This document shows, one piece after another, positions 32,469 through 41,223 of a DNA stretch of 64,000 nucleotides (the first letter of the stretch is position 1; every line of letters starts with the position of its first letter). The stretch is taken from assembly GCA_963665815.1 (NCBI GenBank), contig OY762463.1, forward strand, positions 2,496,001 through 2,560,000. Reading direction: 5' to 3'. A program made the position numbers and the translations under genes. The notes under the pieces are model-generated. The model ran no database searches and was not told the DNA's origin. It worked only from the letters and a program-made list of their open reading frames with translations. Source of the DNA: Candidatus Cloacimonadales bacterium. GTDB lineage: Bacteria; Cloacimonadota; Cloacimonadia; Cloacimonadales; JAIOQZ01.

Positions 32469-32675
32469 CTAATATTTTAGATGTTCTTTGACTTTATCAT
32501 TATTATAGTATTTTAAAGAATGTCCATAATTGACGGCATCATGATCATCAATTTTTTCGGCTCCCTTAATGGCTTTGTCTCCGGCAACATGATCTTTTAC
32601 TCCAACATAATAGAATGTTTTAATATTTTCTCCTTCAGGTGCGGCAACATCCTTTCTTCTATCCCCGCCTGAGAA
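32469..32675 (-). pseudogene. C-terminal remnant of an upstream gene (alpha/beta-hydrolase-like tail)
   Basis: FSGGDRRKDVAAPEGENIKTFYYVGVKDHVAGDKAIKGAEKIDDHDAVNYGHSLKYYNNDKVKEHLKY*; no start; stop overlaps the next gene's RBS. Confidence 0.5.
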
Positions 32676-32719
32676 TTATCATATGTGTTTTCTCAAAAAC
32701 ATCAAGCTTTCTAAAAAAG

Positions 32720-32787
32720 CGTACAATCCTGTCTCCTTACTCCATAATATTGCAAAAATGAACTCATTAGTGGCAAAAGGTCAAGAA
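32720..32787 (-). promoter_or_regulatory. Repeated promoter/RBS module, copy 3
   Basis: Slightly diverged copy with the same TTGTACG endpoint. Confidence 0.55.
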
Positions 32788-33353
32788 AATTCTGAAACAA
32801 ACGACCGGTTGTCTCTACGCGTATTACAGGACTGCACAGGCTGGTGCAGACAATGTTCTCCCTTGATGTATTTCTGAAGAAACATCTCCGTTAATTCTGG
32901 ATGTGTTTCTTCGAAAACATCTACGGAAGAAAGATTCAACTGTGTTGAAGTAAAGGGTTAAATATTCAGTATAAATATATCAGCTCCAGAGATTATCAAT
33001 TGCAATGCAAAAGAAAAGAGTGTTTCTTTCAATTAATTTCCTGCTCGGTACAAAATGCATTTTGTGCTGTATACCTAAATCATATTGGATATCAAATTCA
33101 AAATAGTCATTTAATTTCTTAATTGGTAGTAGAAGTACCTGAGCAAGTTGGTTATGCAAAGATACTACAGAGAAATTATTCTTTCTTTTGTTATATGGAT
33201 CATCAACCAACCAGTTTAAATGAGCACCACCGTATTCTACATAATATCTTTGTTCAGCTTGTGACAGCCATTAATATTTATATGAAAAGATGTAGATTCA
33301 TAATATCCGATACGGGTTTTGTCTCTTACAAGATTATCATTGATATCTGATTT

Positions 33354-34214
33354 TTAGATTGATCCAAGTATTTCCATCAATTCAGAATGTTCGAAGGAAT
33401 AAACTTTATTGCAGAAGTGGCATTCTGTATCAATTGGTTTGCCTTCATCGCATATCTGTTTCAGTTCTTCTTTTCCCAGAGATATTATACCACGTCTGAA
33501 TTTATCCTTTGAACAATCACAATGATAGAATGGTTCTACTTCTTCAGTGTATTCAATATCAAAACCTTTCAGAACGAATTCTTCCATGATTTTCTCAAGG
33601 GAATATTCCATATCCAACAGGTCAGTAAAGCTGGGTAGTTTCGCCAAATTATTTTCAAGGATCGTAATTGATTCTTCCTTTGCATTTGGCAGAAGCTGAA
33701 CCATGAAACCGCCAGCCTGACGATATTCATCCTGCACGAAGAGAACACCAAGGCTTACAGCAGAATTAATCTGTTCTGATTTCAGGTAGTAATAAGCCAG
33801 GTCTTCCCCGATTTCACCTGATAGAAGTTCAACAAGACCTATGTAAGGTTTTTTATCACCAATGGAACGCATAACTGTAAGAGTTCCGTTTCCAACTATC
33901 TCCTTAAAGGTTTTGGCAGTTATGTTACTCATATCAAGATAATTATTCAGGTATCCTTTAATAGCTCCTGCTTTAGTAACAGAGACAAGTCCTCCTGATA
34001 AAGGTCCGTCAGTATCGAGTTTTATAGTTATTGAGTCGTCAGTATTTTTCAGAGTCTGGGACGTGAGCAGTCCGGCAATAATGAGTCTTCCCATGAGATC
34101 AGTCTCAATCAACGGCAATTTGTGGATGCTTTTTGCTTCTTTAATTACGTTAGTAGCGTTCAGCACGAAGAATCTGAAGTCATCAGCTGAGCCGCGGATA
34201 ATTTTATCTTTCAT
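33354..34214 (-). CDS. hslO: Hsp33 redox-regulated chaperone
   Basis: YYLKSEQINS, AGGFMVQLLP, CDCS...CHFC zinc motif. Confidence 0.95.
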   Translation of the reverse strand: MKDKIIRGSADDFRFFVLNATNVIKEAKSIHKLPLIETDLMGRLIIAGLLTSQTLKNTDDSITIKLDTDGPLSGGLVSVTKAGAIKGYLNNYLDMSNITAKTFKEIVGNGTLTVMRSIGDKKPYIGLVELLSGEIGEDLAYYYLKSEQINSAVSLGVLFVQDEYRQAGGFMVQLLPNAKEESITILENNLAKLPSFTDLLDMEYSLEKIMEEFVLKGFDIEYTEEVEPFYHCDCSKDKFRRGIISLGKEELKQICDEGKPIDTECHFCNKVYSFEHSELMEILGSI

Positions 34215-34399
34215 TAGTACTCCATATGCGTAAAATTATGTTTTCTAAATACTTTATATTGGATTTTGTAATAAAAACGAAGCAGGGTAAAAGAATCAAG
34301 AAAAATTTTTAAAAAATAGTTTGACACAAAAAGTCCGCTCTATAAAAAGGACATCGTTGATCATTGATGAATGAAAATTGAAATGAAAAGAAATTACAC

Positions 34400-34476
34400 G
34401 GGGGTGTAGTTCAGTTGGTTAGAACGTCTGCCTGTCACGCAGAAGGTCGCGAGTTCGAGTCCCGTCACTCCCGCCA
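34400..34476 (+). tRNA. tRNA-Asp(GTC)
   Basis: Acceptor GGGGGTG/CACTCCC, discriminator G, encoded CCA, anticodon GTC at 34434-34436, TTCGAGT T-loop; TTGACA upstream. Confidence 0.95.
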
Positions 34477-34696
34477 TTTATATACAAGCTGATCCAGAAT
34501 TGGGTTAGCTTTTTTTTTTATTGTTCATAGATTGGTTTGTTTATTGGATGAGCGAACGCAGAAGGTCGTCCCGAGTGCAAGTCTCGGGAAGTCCCGTCAC
34601 TCCCGCCATTTATATACAAGCTGATCCAGAATTGGGTTAGCTTTTTTTTATTGTTCATAGATTGGTTTGTTTAATGGATGAGCGAACGCAGAAGGT
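34458..34696 (+). repeat. Tandem direct repeat of tRNA 3' end + terminator + spacer
   Basis: 34458-34566 is nearly identical to 34590-34696. Confidence 0.85.
34487..34519 (+). terminator. Intrinsic terminator after tRNA (repeated about 132 bp downstream)
   Basis: AAGCTGATCC-AGAATT-GGGTTAGCTT plus T run. Confidence 0.8.
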
Positions 34697-35254
34697 TGCC
34701 GCTTCTGCCTCCTTCGCAATGGCTGAAATCCTTGCTAATGGTGGGCTTGACTAACTCTAAGAGCTATTTTGGGAGTGCATTGACTATGTCAATGCAGGTT
34801 TCAGTTTGCATCAAATAAATCCCATAAAATCATATTATTAAAAACAACATTACTGGTCTGGATAAAGCGAGCAGGGATGCTCGGGCACCAATACCGAGCC
34901 ACCCATCCGGTTGTCTTTATTCGGATGGAAAGATGCTCATGTCCTGCAAGTGCTATGTTCTCTCTGGATGTTCTTCTGTACATCCGCCTAATCTGGATGT
35001 ATTTCTTCGAAAACATCTACGGGGAGATGTCGACAGAATGGAGACAGAGGGTACTCCTTTGTGTCATGGTACTGTCACCTATATGACAAGTCTATTTTGT
35101 TACCCATGTCCTCGGTTTATACAGGTGCTTAACTGAGGCACTCATCCGGTTGTCTCTACGCGGTTGAGTAGAGCTCTTAGGTTCTACACGTATTAGTTCT
35201 CCCTCGTCAGGGAGATGTCTAGCGTGCGGGACAGAGGGTTCATAAAACCCGGAC

Positions 35255-35286
35255 AAAAAAGACCCGTTCCATTCAGAACAGGTCTT
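35255..35286 (-). terminator. Intrinsic terminator
   Basis: Minus strand AAGACCTGTTC-loop-GAACGGGTCTTTTTT; near-identical to 38988-39022. Confidence 0.75.
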
Positions 35287-35313
35287 AGTTATAGTTTTAA
35301 AAACTATGGTTTT

Positions 35314-36621
35314 CTATTGAAATCTACAGCTTCCGGTTCTGCGATAACGAACTAAAGAAAACCCCCTGAAAACAGTACGATCATCAACACTGAAGTTAGT
35401 GTTATATATACCTACTTCGAATATTTCGCCTGACTGTATTGATGTTAAATCTATACCGTTGAACCAGTCATCTGGTATTGTTGCTGTTGTTGTATCTGTA
35501 TCCAATGAAATTTTTTCATCAATGTTAACACTTGTAGTCTCGTAATGTCCATGCAGGGATTGAAACTCACTTTCATGGTCAAGATCCCAATTAATTGTCA
35601 ATGTTTGTGAGCTATCCCAGACATCCGGCCAAACAACATCATACGGTAAATAGGGTAATTGCAGCTCAGCAGAAGTCGTATTTCCATTGATTGTTACTGA
35701 AAAATTATATGTACGTCCGGGGTTGAAGTTAAATGAATAGCTCGGACTCCACTCATCTCCATGAGGTTGATCTGTGTAAATAGTTCCGGGTATTGTTGTA
35801 TCATCAACTTTAACTGTTATAGAATCTATACTTGTAGATATATCAGAAGGATATATGTGTAGTTCCGTCAAGTAATCTGCTCCATAAGAATAACATCCAC
35901 ACGATACTACAAAATCACAATTTTCTTCACTCATGATGTCATCAGGTTGATAAGATGTCTCAATTGTAAAGATATCGGTTTCACCAATATTGCCAGATGC
36001 ATCCCATGCTTTTGCCTGTAATAGATGATCTCCATCAGTAAAATCTGAACAGCTTAAAGTAAAAGTTGATGTTGATCTGGAAGGATTATCCTCAGCTATC
36101 AACAAGCTATCTATATATAATGCAACTTTTTCAATCTCACTATTATCTGTTGCATCAACATTAACAATGAAAGTTCCTGTTAACTGATCACCATTATGGA
36201 TATTTGTGAATGTAACAACAGGAGTTTCATTATCCGTAGACTGAGATGATATCTCAATTGTAAAGATATCGGTTTCACCAATATTGCCAGATGCATCCCA
36301 TGCTTTTGCCTGTAATAGATGCTCTCCATCAGTATAATCTGAACAGGTTAAAGTAAAAGTTGATGTTGATCTGGAAGGATTATCCTCAGCTATCAACAAG
36401 CTATCTATATATAATGCAACTTTTTCAATCTCACTATTATCTGTTGCATCAACATTAACAATGAAAGTTCCTGTTAACAGATCACCATTATGGATATTTG
36501 TGAAAGCAACAACAGGAGTTTCATTATCCGTTGTAGGACTGGTTGATGAATCCGATTTGCATGATGAGAACAGAAAAGCTATGAAAACTATAATGAGAAG
36601 AAAAAGAAACCTTTTACACAT
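35314..36621 (-). CDS. Lipoprotein with two tandem bacterial Ig-like domains
   Basis: Lipobox FSSC; two 98-aa repeats (DNETPVV.F...VDATDN..IEKV.LYID...DG.HLLQAKAWDASGN). Confidence 0.8.
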   Translation of the reverse strand: MCKRFLFLLIIVFIAFLFSSCKSDSSTSPTTDNETPVVAFTNIHNGDLLTGTFIVNVDATDNSEIEKVALYIDSLLIAEDNPSRSTSTFTLTCSDYTDGEHLLQAKAWDASGNIGETDIFTIEISSQSTDNETPVVTFTNIHNGDQLTGTFIVNVDATDNSEIEKVALYIDSLLIAEDNPSRSTSTFTLSCSDFTDGDHLLQAKAWDASGNIGETDIFTIETSYQPDDIMSEENCDFVVSCGCYSYGADYLTELHIYPSDISTSIDSITVKVDDTTIPGTIYTDQPHGDEWSPSYSFNFNPGRTYNFSVTINGNTTSAELQLPYLPYDVVWPDVWDSSQTLTINWDLDHESEFQSLHGHYETTSVNIDEKISLDTDTTTATIPDDWFNGIDLTSIQSGEIFEVGIYNTNFSVDDRTVFRGFSLVRYRRTGSCRFQ

Positions 36622-37057
36622 ATTTTACCTCAAAAACTATTTAATTCACACCATGTTTTTCTTTTTATGACGTTATGTCCAGTAAAAAAACTACTATAAT
36701 TATTTACTCAATTTGCCATAATTTTGAAGGTTTTTAACCATTACAAAGATATTCCCTTTAGCCAATCGTCCGGTTGTCTTTATGCGGATAGGTAAAGCTC
36801 TCAGGTTCTACACATATTATGTTCTCTCTCGTCAGGGAGATGTCGAGCGTGCGAGACAGAGGATTAGAATAAGATGCAATGATTATTGTTGCCTGCATCT
36901 GATTTACACACCCCAATTCATTTCTGTTCCGAAATGAATTGGCACTCCTCTTTTATTTTTTAACACTAAGGAAGAGGGGATTCTGCACAACGCTTTGCGT
37001 TGTTGTTGAAAGCCCTTGCGAATGGTCCTAAGACCTTCGCAATGGTGGGATTGAAAA

Positions 37058-38032
37058 TCATCTAGAATAAATATCTTCTATCTCTTTTCTCAATTCATCT
37101 GTCCATTGTCCGGCTAATGAAATATAAACAATTCCATCTATATCTGAGGGGTTTTCAACACTATCTTCTTTCAAAATAATAACATTTTTGCGACCAAGTT
37201 TTCCAGTGAAAATACCAGCCTCAAAAACAACATTTTGTCTTGCTCGAGATTTCGGCTCTCCTGAATCCTTCTTAGCCTTACCTTCATCATCAGCTGTATA
37301 AAGACAAACAGCAAAATCAACATCTGAGTGTGCTTCGAATTTTTCAATTATTGTTCGACCCTGATTACTCTGCTCATGAAGGATAATTACTTCAATTTTG
37401 TGATTGTTGATATTCAAGCTTTCAATAAATCTTGCAACTTTCAATTTAACAACATCATTATGCCCATGGACTATGAAGCATTTATATTTTCTATTGCTTT
37501 CCATAATATGATCCTCCTTCTTATTATTAACTTGAAGATTTTCAACAAAATCTATACCTCTCATGGAAAGATAAATCTCACAATAAGAATCGATAGATAT
37601 TTCTACCTTAATATATTCAGATTCTTCTACATATTCACGAAATCTATAAAATTCTGTTATGTTCTCAACTCCAAACAATGTAGAACTAATGTAGGATAGA
37701 GTAAAAACACCTGTATGTTGTTTGTATAGATGAAGCAAAAGCAATTCTAATTTTTCTTTACTGGTCCTTGGAAATTTAGTCTTCCCAATAATTTCTACAG
37801 CTTTATCATAAGAATCTATCTCAATAATGTTATCTTTACTGCTTGAGTGATGGAGTGCAAAAATAAGCTTGTTTCTTATTTCAGAATTTCTGAAAGTATT
37901 TTCTTGTATTTCAGAGCGTGTAAACTTGAAATATCCACAAAGATTACAATGATATGTCCTTTCTCTATTAAAATCATAAGTTTTCAGTAGAACTGCATCT
38001 TGATTACAGATTGGGCATTTCACATTTTCCAT
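37058..38032 (-). CDS. Zn-ribbon/wHTH-like protein with C-terminal TIR-like (Cap12/PycTIR-type) domain
   Basis: CPIC...CNLCG; CFIVHGHN, LHEQ..QGRTIIEKFE, ARQNVVFEAG, PSDIDG. Confidence 0.85.
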   Translation of the reverse strand: MENVKCPICNQDAVLLKTYDFNRERTYHCNLCGYFKFTRSEIQENTFRNSEIRNKLIFALHHSSSKDNIIEIDSYDKAVEIIGKTKFPRTSKEKLELLLLHLYKQHTGVFTLSYISSTLFGVENITEFYRFREYVEESEYIKVEISIDSYCEIYLSMRGIDFVENLQVNNKKEDHIMESNRKYKCFIVHGHNDVVKLKVARFIESLNINNHKIEVIILHEQSNQGRTIIEKFEAHSDVDFAVCLYTADDEGKAKKDSGEPKSRARQNVVFEAGIFTGKLGRKNVIILKEDSVENPSDIDGIVYISLAGQWTDELRKEIEDIYSR

Positions 38033-38181
38033 AATTTCTCCATATTGTTAGTTGCTTCGATTACAATAATGCTTTGATAAACTGTTATATATTGTCAACA
38101 CAAAATCTTTAGTTCAAATTAGAATAAACCAATAAATTATAAAAAATCAACCATTAATTCAAAAATAGTAGATTTGATATA

Positions 38182-38622
38182 TTAATTTTTTAGAAACACA
38201 GTATAATAATCATCGCTTATGAAATTACTTTGATCGATATCAGCGTAAACACACCATGGAGGATCATCTGATCTAATTTCCTGAGGATCAAGACACTCAA
38301 TTATATTATTATTAGGAACTTTTACTCCATTTTGTCGAAGAAAATCTGCTACTTTATTGGGTATCGATATTCTATGAGATCTATCATGAGCTGTACCATC
38401 AATATTTATTGAGAAAAGTTTTTTATTCCTCTTATACACATGATAATGGGAAAGCGTTTTGGGAATATGAGCAGAATGCTTTTGAACGGAATATTGTCCT
38501 CCTATTGATGTTCCTTTATGCATAGCTTCAAGTAGAATTCTACTATTTGATTTTTCATTTTCTCTATAGTAAAGACTTATAACACATTGTTCTTCAAATA
38601 TAATCACTAATCTACTTAACAT
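38182..38622 (-). CDS. His-rich hypothetical protein (DUF6367-like, tentative)
   Basis: HSAH...HYHVY...INIDGTAHD.SH motif; AAGGAG RBS. Confidence 0.55.
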   Translation of the reverse strand: MLSRLVIIFEEQCVISLYYRENEKSNSRILLEAMHKGTSIGGQYSVQKHSAHIPKTLSHYHVYKRNKKLFSINIDGTAHDRSHRISIPNKVADFLRQNGVKVPNNNIIECLDPQEIRSDDPPWCVYADIDQSNFISDDYYTVFLKN

Positions 38623-38987
38623 AATATCTCCTTAACTGTATTTCATCATTCTTCAAATTTGTTTAAGATAAGTATGATAACTAAATCTTGTCAATTCATA
38701 AATCTTTAGTTCAAATCTGCACACACATGGATAAGCTATCAAATCCACCATTGCGTAGGTTTCCAACCATACGCAAGGTTTTTTTGACTGAGACAACCGT
38801 CCGGTTGTCTCTATGCAGATGGATAGAGCTGCTCACGTATTGCATGTTTTGTTCTCTCTGGATATTTATAGAGCATCCGCAGGGAGATGTCGAATTTCCG
38901 AGAAAGTGGGATTAAAAGGCGGAACAATGATTATTGTTGCCTACATAGCCGATGCGTGCATCGGCTCTACATCTGATTCAACAGCCT

Positions 38988-39022
38988 AAAAAAAGACCCA
39001 TTCCGATCAGAACAGGTCTTTT
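38988..39022 (-). terminator. Intrinsic terminator of the mutase operon
   Basis: AAAAGACC...GGTCTTTT hairpin with T run on the minus strand. Confidence 0.8.
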
Positions 39023-39051
39023 AAATATATTTTACAGGTTATAAGATATTC

Positions 39052-41223
39052 TTAGTAACCAAGTCTCTTATTGAGTTCTGCCATCATAATCTTAGCAGCT
39101 TCAGGAAGCACCGTTCCCGGTCCGAAGATTGCGGCAGCACCGTGTTCGTAAAGGTAATCATAATCCTGTGCAGGGATAACACCACCGCAGATAACCATAA
39201 TATCTTCACGTCCGAGTTTCTTCAGTTCATCCATAAGTTGTGGAAGAAGTGTTTTGTGTCCTGCAGCAAGTGAGCTCATACCGATTATATGAACATCATT
39301 TTCTACAGCCTGTTTTGCTGTTTCTTCCGGAGTCTGGAATAAAGGACCTATATCCACGTCGAATCCCATATCCGCATAAGCTGTAGAAACAACTTTTGCA
39401 CCACGGTCGTGTCCGTCCTGACCCATCTTGGCAATCATGATTCTTGGACGACGTCCTTCGTTTTCTTCAAACTCATCGGTAAGTCTTCTTACTTCGGTAA
39501 TCTCGTCTTCTTTACCGTATTCACTACTGTAAACACCACTGATTGATCTGATCACAGCTTTATGTCTCCCATAAGTTTTTTCCATTGCATCGGAGATTTC
39601 TCCCAGAGAAGCTCTTGCTCTGGTTGCAGCAACAGCAAGTTCAAGCAGATTGCCTTCACCTGTTTCAGCTGAAACTTCAATAGCTTTAAGAGCAGCCTGA
39701 ACTTTTTCTTCGTCACGTTCTTCTCTGAGCTTGTTAAGACGCTCAATCTGAGAAATACGTACGGAAGTATTGTCAACTTCAAGAATCTCGATAGGATCTT
39801 CTTTATCAAGTCTGTATTTATTGGTTCCGACGATAGTTTCAGTCTTAGAATCTATATGTGCCTGACGTCTCGCAGCAGCTTCTTCGATACGCATTTTCGG
39901 AATACCTTTTTCGATAGCTTTTGTCATTCCGCCGTAAGATTCTATTTCCTCAATATGTTCCCAGGCTCTCTTAATCAGTTGGTCTGTAAGAGCTTCAACA
40001 TAATAAGAACCGCCCCATGGATCAACTACGCGGCAGATTCCGGTTTCATGCTGGAGATAAAGCTGAGTATTTCTGGCAATCCTTGCTGAGAAATCAGTAG
40101 GAAGTGCAATAGCCTCATCCAGAGAGTTTGTATGAAGTGACTGAGTATGACCGAGAGCGGCACTCATTGCTTCAATACATGTTCTGGTTACATTATTGAA
40201 TGGGTCTTGTTCTGTAAGTGACCAGCCGGAAGTTTGAGAGTGAGTTCTGAGAGCCATTGATTTTGGATTCTTAGGATTAAACTGTTTGATCAGTTTAGCC
40301 CAGATAATTCTGGCAGCTCTCATTTTCGCAACTTCCATGAAGTAGTTCATTCCCACAGCCCAGAAGAAAGAAAGTCTTGGAGCAAATGCATCAACATCAA
40401 TACCGGCTTTGATACCGGTGCGAACGTATTCAAGACCGTCTGCGAGTGTATATGCCATTTCAATATCAGCAGTTGCACCGGCTTCCTGCATGTGGTAACC
40501 GGAGATACTGATACTGTTGAACTTAGGCATATGGTTTGATGTATATTCGAAGATGTCTGCAATAATCTTCATAGATGGTGTTGGTGGGTAGATATAAGTG
40601 TTTCTTACCATGTATTCTTTGAGAATATCATTCTGGATTGTACCGGTAAGCTGTTCGTGAGATACACCCTGTTCTTCTGCAGCAACAATATAGAATGCCA
40701 TTACAGGAAGAACCGCACCGTTCATTGTCATGGAAACAGACATTTTATCAAGTGGGATGCCGTCGAACAATGTTTTCATATCAAGGATAGAATCAACTGC
40801 AACACCAGCTTTACCAACATCACCGACAACTCTTTGGTGATCTGAATCATAACCCCTGTGAGTTGCAAGGTCAAACGCTATGGAAAGACCTTTTTGTCCG
40901 GCAGCAAGATTTCTTTTGTAGAAAGCGTTACTTTCTTCTGCTGTTGAAAAACCTGCATACTGACGTACAGTCCATGGACGCATTACATACATGGTTGCAT
41001 AAGGTCCTCTGAAAAACGGTGGAATACCTGCTGTATAATCTTTGTTTTCCAGATCTTTTGTACCTTCTTTTGTATAAAGAGATTCAACAGGGATCTGTTC
41101 GTTTGTATTCCAGAGAATTTCATCGAAATTCTTTTCTACTTCTTTACGGTAAAGTTCTCTCCATTGTTCAGGAGATACACTTTTTTGTTTTTTAATCTTT
41201 ATTTTTGAGAAATCAAGTTTCAT
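39052..41223 (-). CDS. scpA: Methylmalonyl-CoA mutase, large (B12-binding) subunit
   Basis: [34 protein letters not shown]. Confidence 0.97.
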   Translation of the reverse strand: MKLDFSKIKIKKQKSVSPEQWRELYRKEVEKNFDEILWNTNEQIPVESLYTKEGTKDLENKDYTAGIPPFFRGPYATMYVMRPWTVRQYAGFSTAEESNAFYKRNLAAGQKGLSIAFDLATHRGYDSDHQRVVGDVGKAGVAVDSILDMKTLFDGIPLDKMSVSMTMNGAVLPVMAFYIVAAEEQGVSHEQLTGTIQNDILKEYMVRNTYIYPPTPSMKIIADIFEYTSNHMPKFNSISISGYHMQEAGATADIEMAYTLADGLEYVRTGIKAGIDVDAFAPRLSFFWAVGMNYFMEVAKMRAARIIWAKLIKQFNPKNPKSMALRTHSQTSGWSLTEQDPFNNVTRTCIEAMSAALGHTQSLHTNSLDEAIALPTDFSARIARNTQLYLQHETGICRVVDPWGGSYYVEALTDQLIKRAWEHIEEIESYGGMTKAIEKGIPKMRIEEAAARRQAHIDSKTETIVGTNKYRLDKEDPIEILEVDNTSVRISQIERLNKLREERDEEKVQAALKAIEVSAETGEGNLLELAVAATRARASLGEISDAMEKTYGRHKAVIRSISGVYSSEYGKEDEITEVRRLTDEFEENEGRRPRIMIAKMGQDGHDRGAKVVSTAYADMGFDVDIGPLFQTPEETAKQAVENDVHIIGMSSLAAGHKTLLPQLMDELKKLGREDIMVICGGVIPAQDYDYLYEHGAAAIFGPGTVLPEAAKIMMAELNKRLGY

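Noticed and set aside
32980-33350. Short ORFs 32980-33210 (-) and 33123-33350 (+)
   Set aside because: No RBS or recognisable motif; possibly decayed sequence but cannot be supported
34400-34610. attL/attR of a prophage or ICE at tRNA-Asp
   Set aside because: The duplicate 3' end is only 132 bp away; no integrase or distal copy seen in the window
29738-39000. CRISPR array or integron cassette array
   Set aside because: Repeats are irregularly spaced palindromes without constant-length spacers; no cas or intI gene; no clear RYYYAAC/GTTRRRY attC ends
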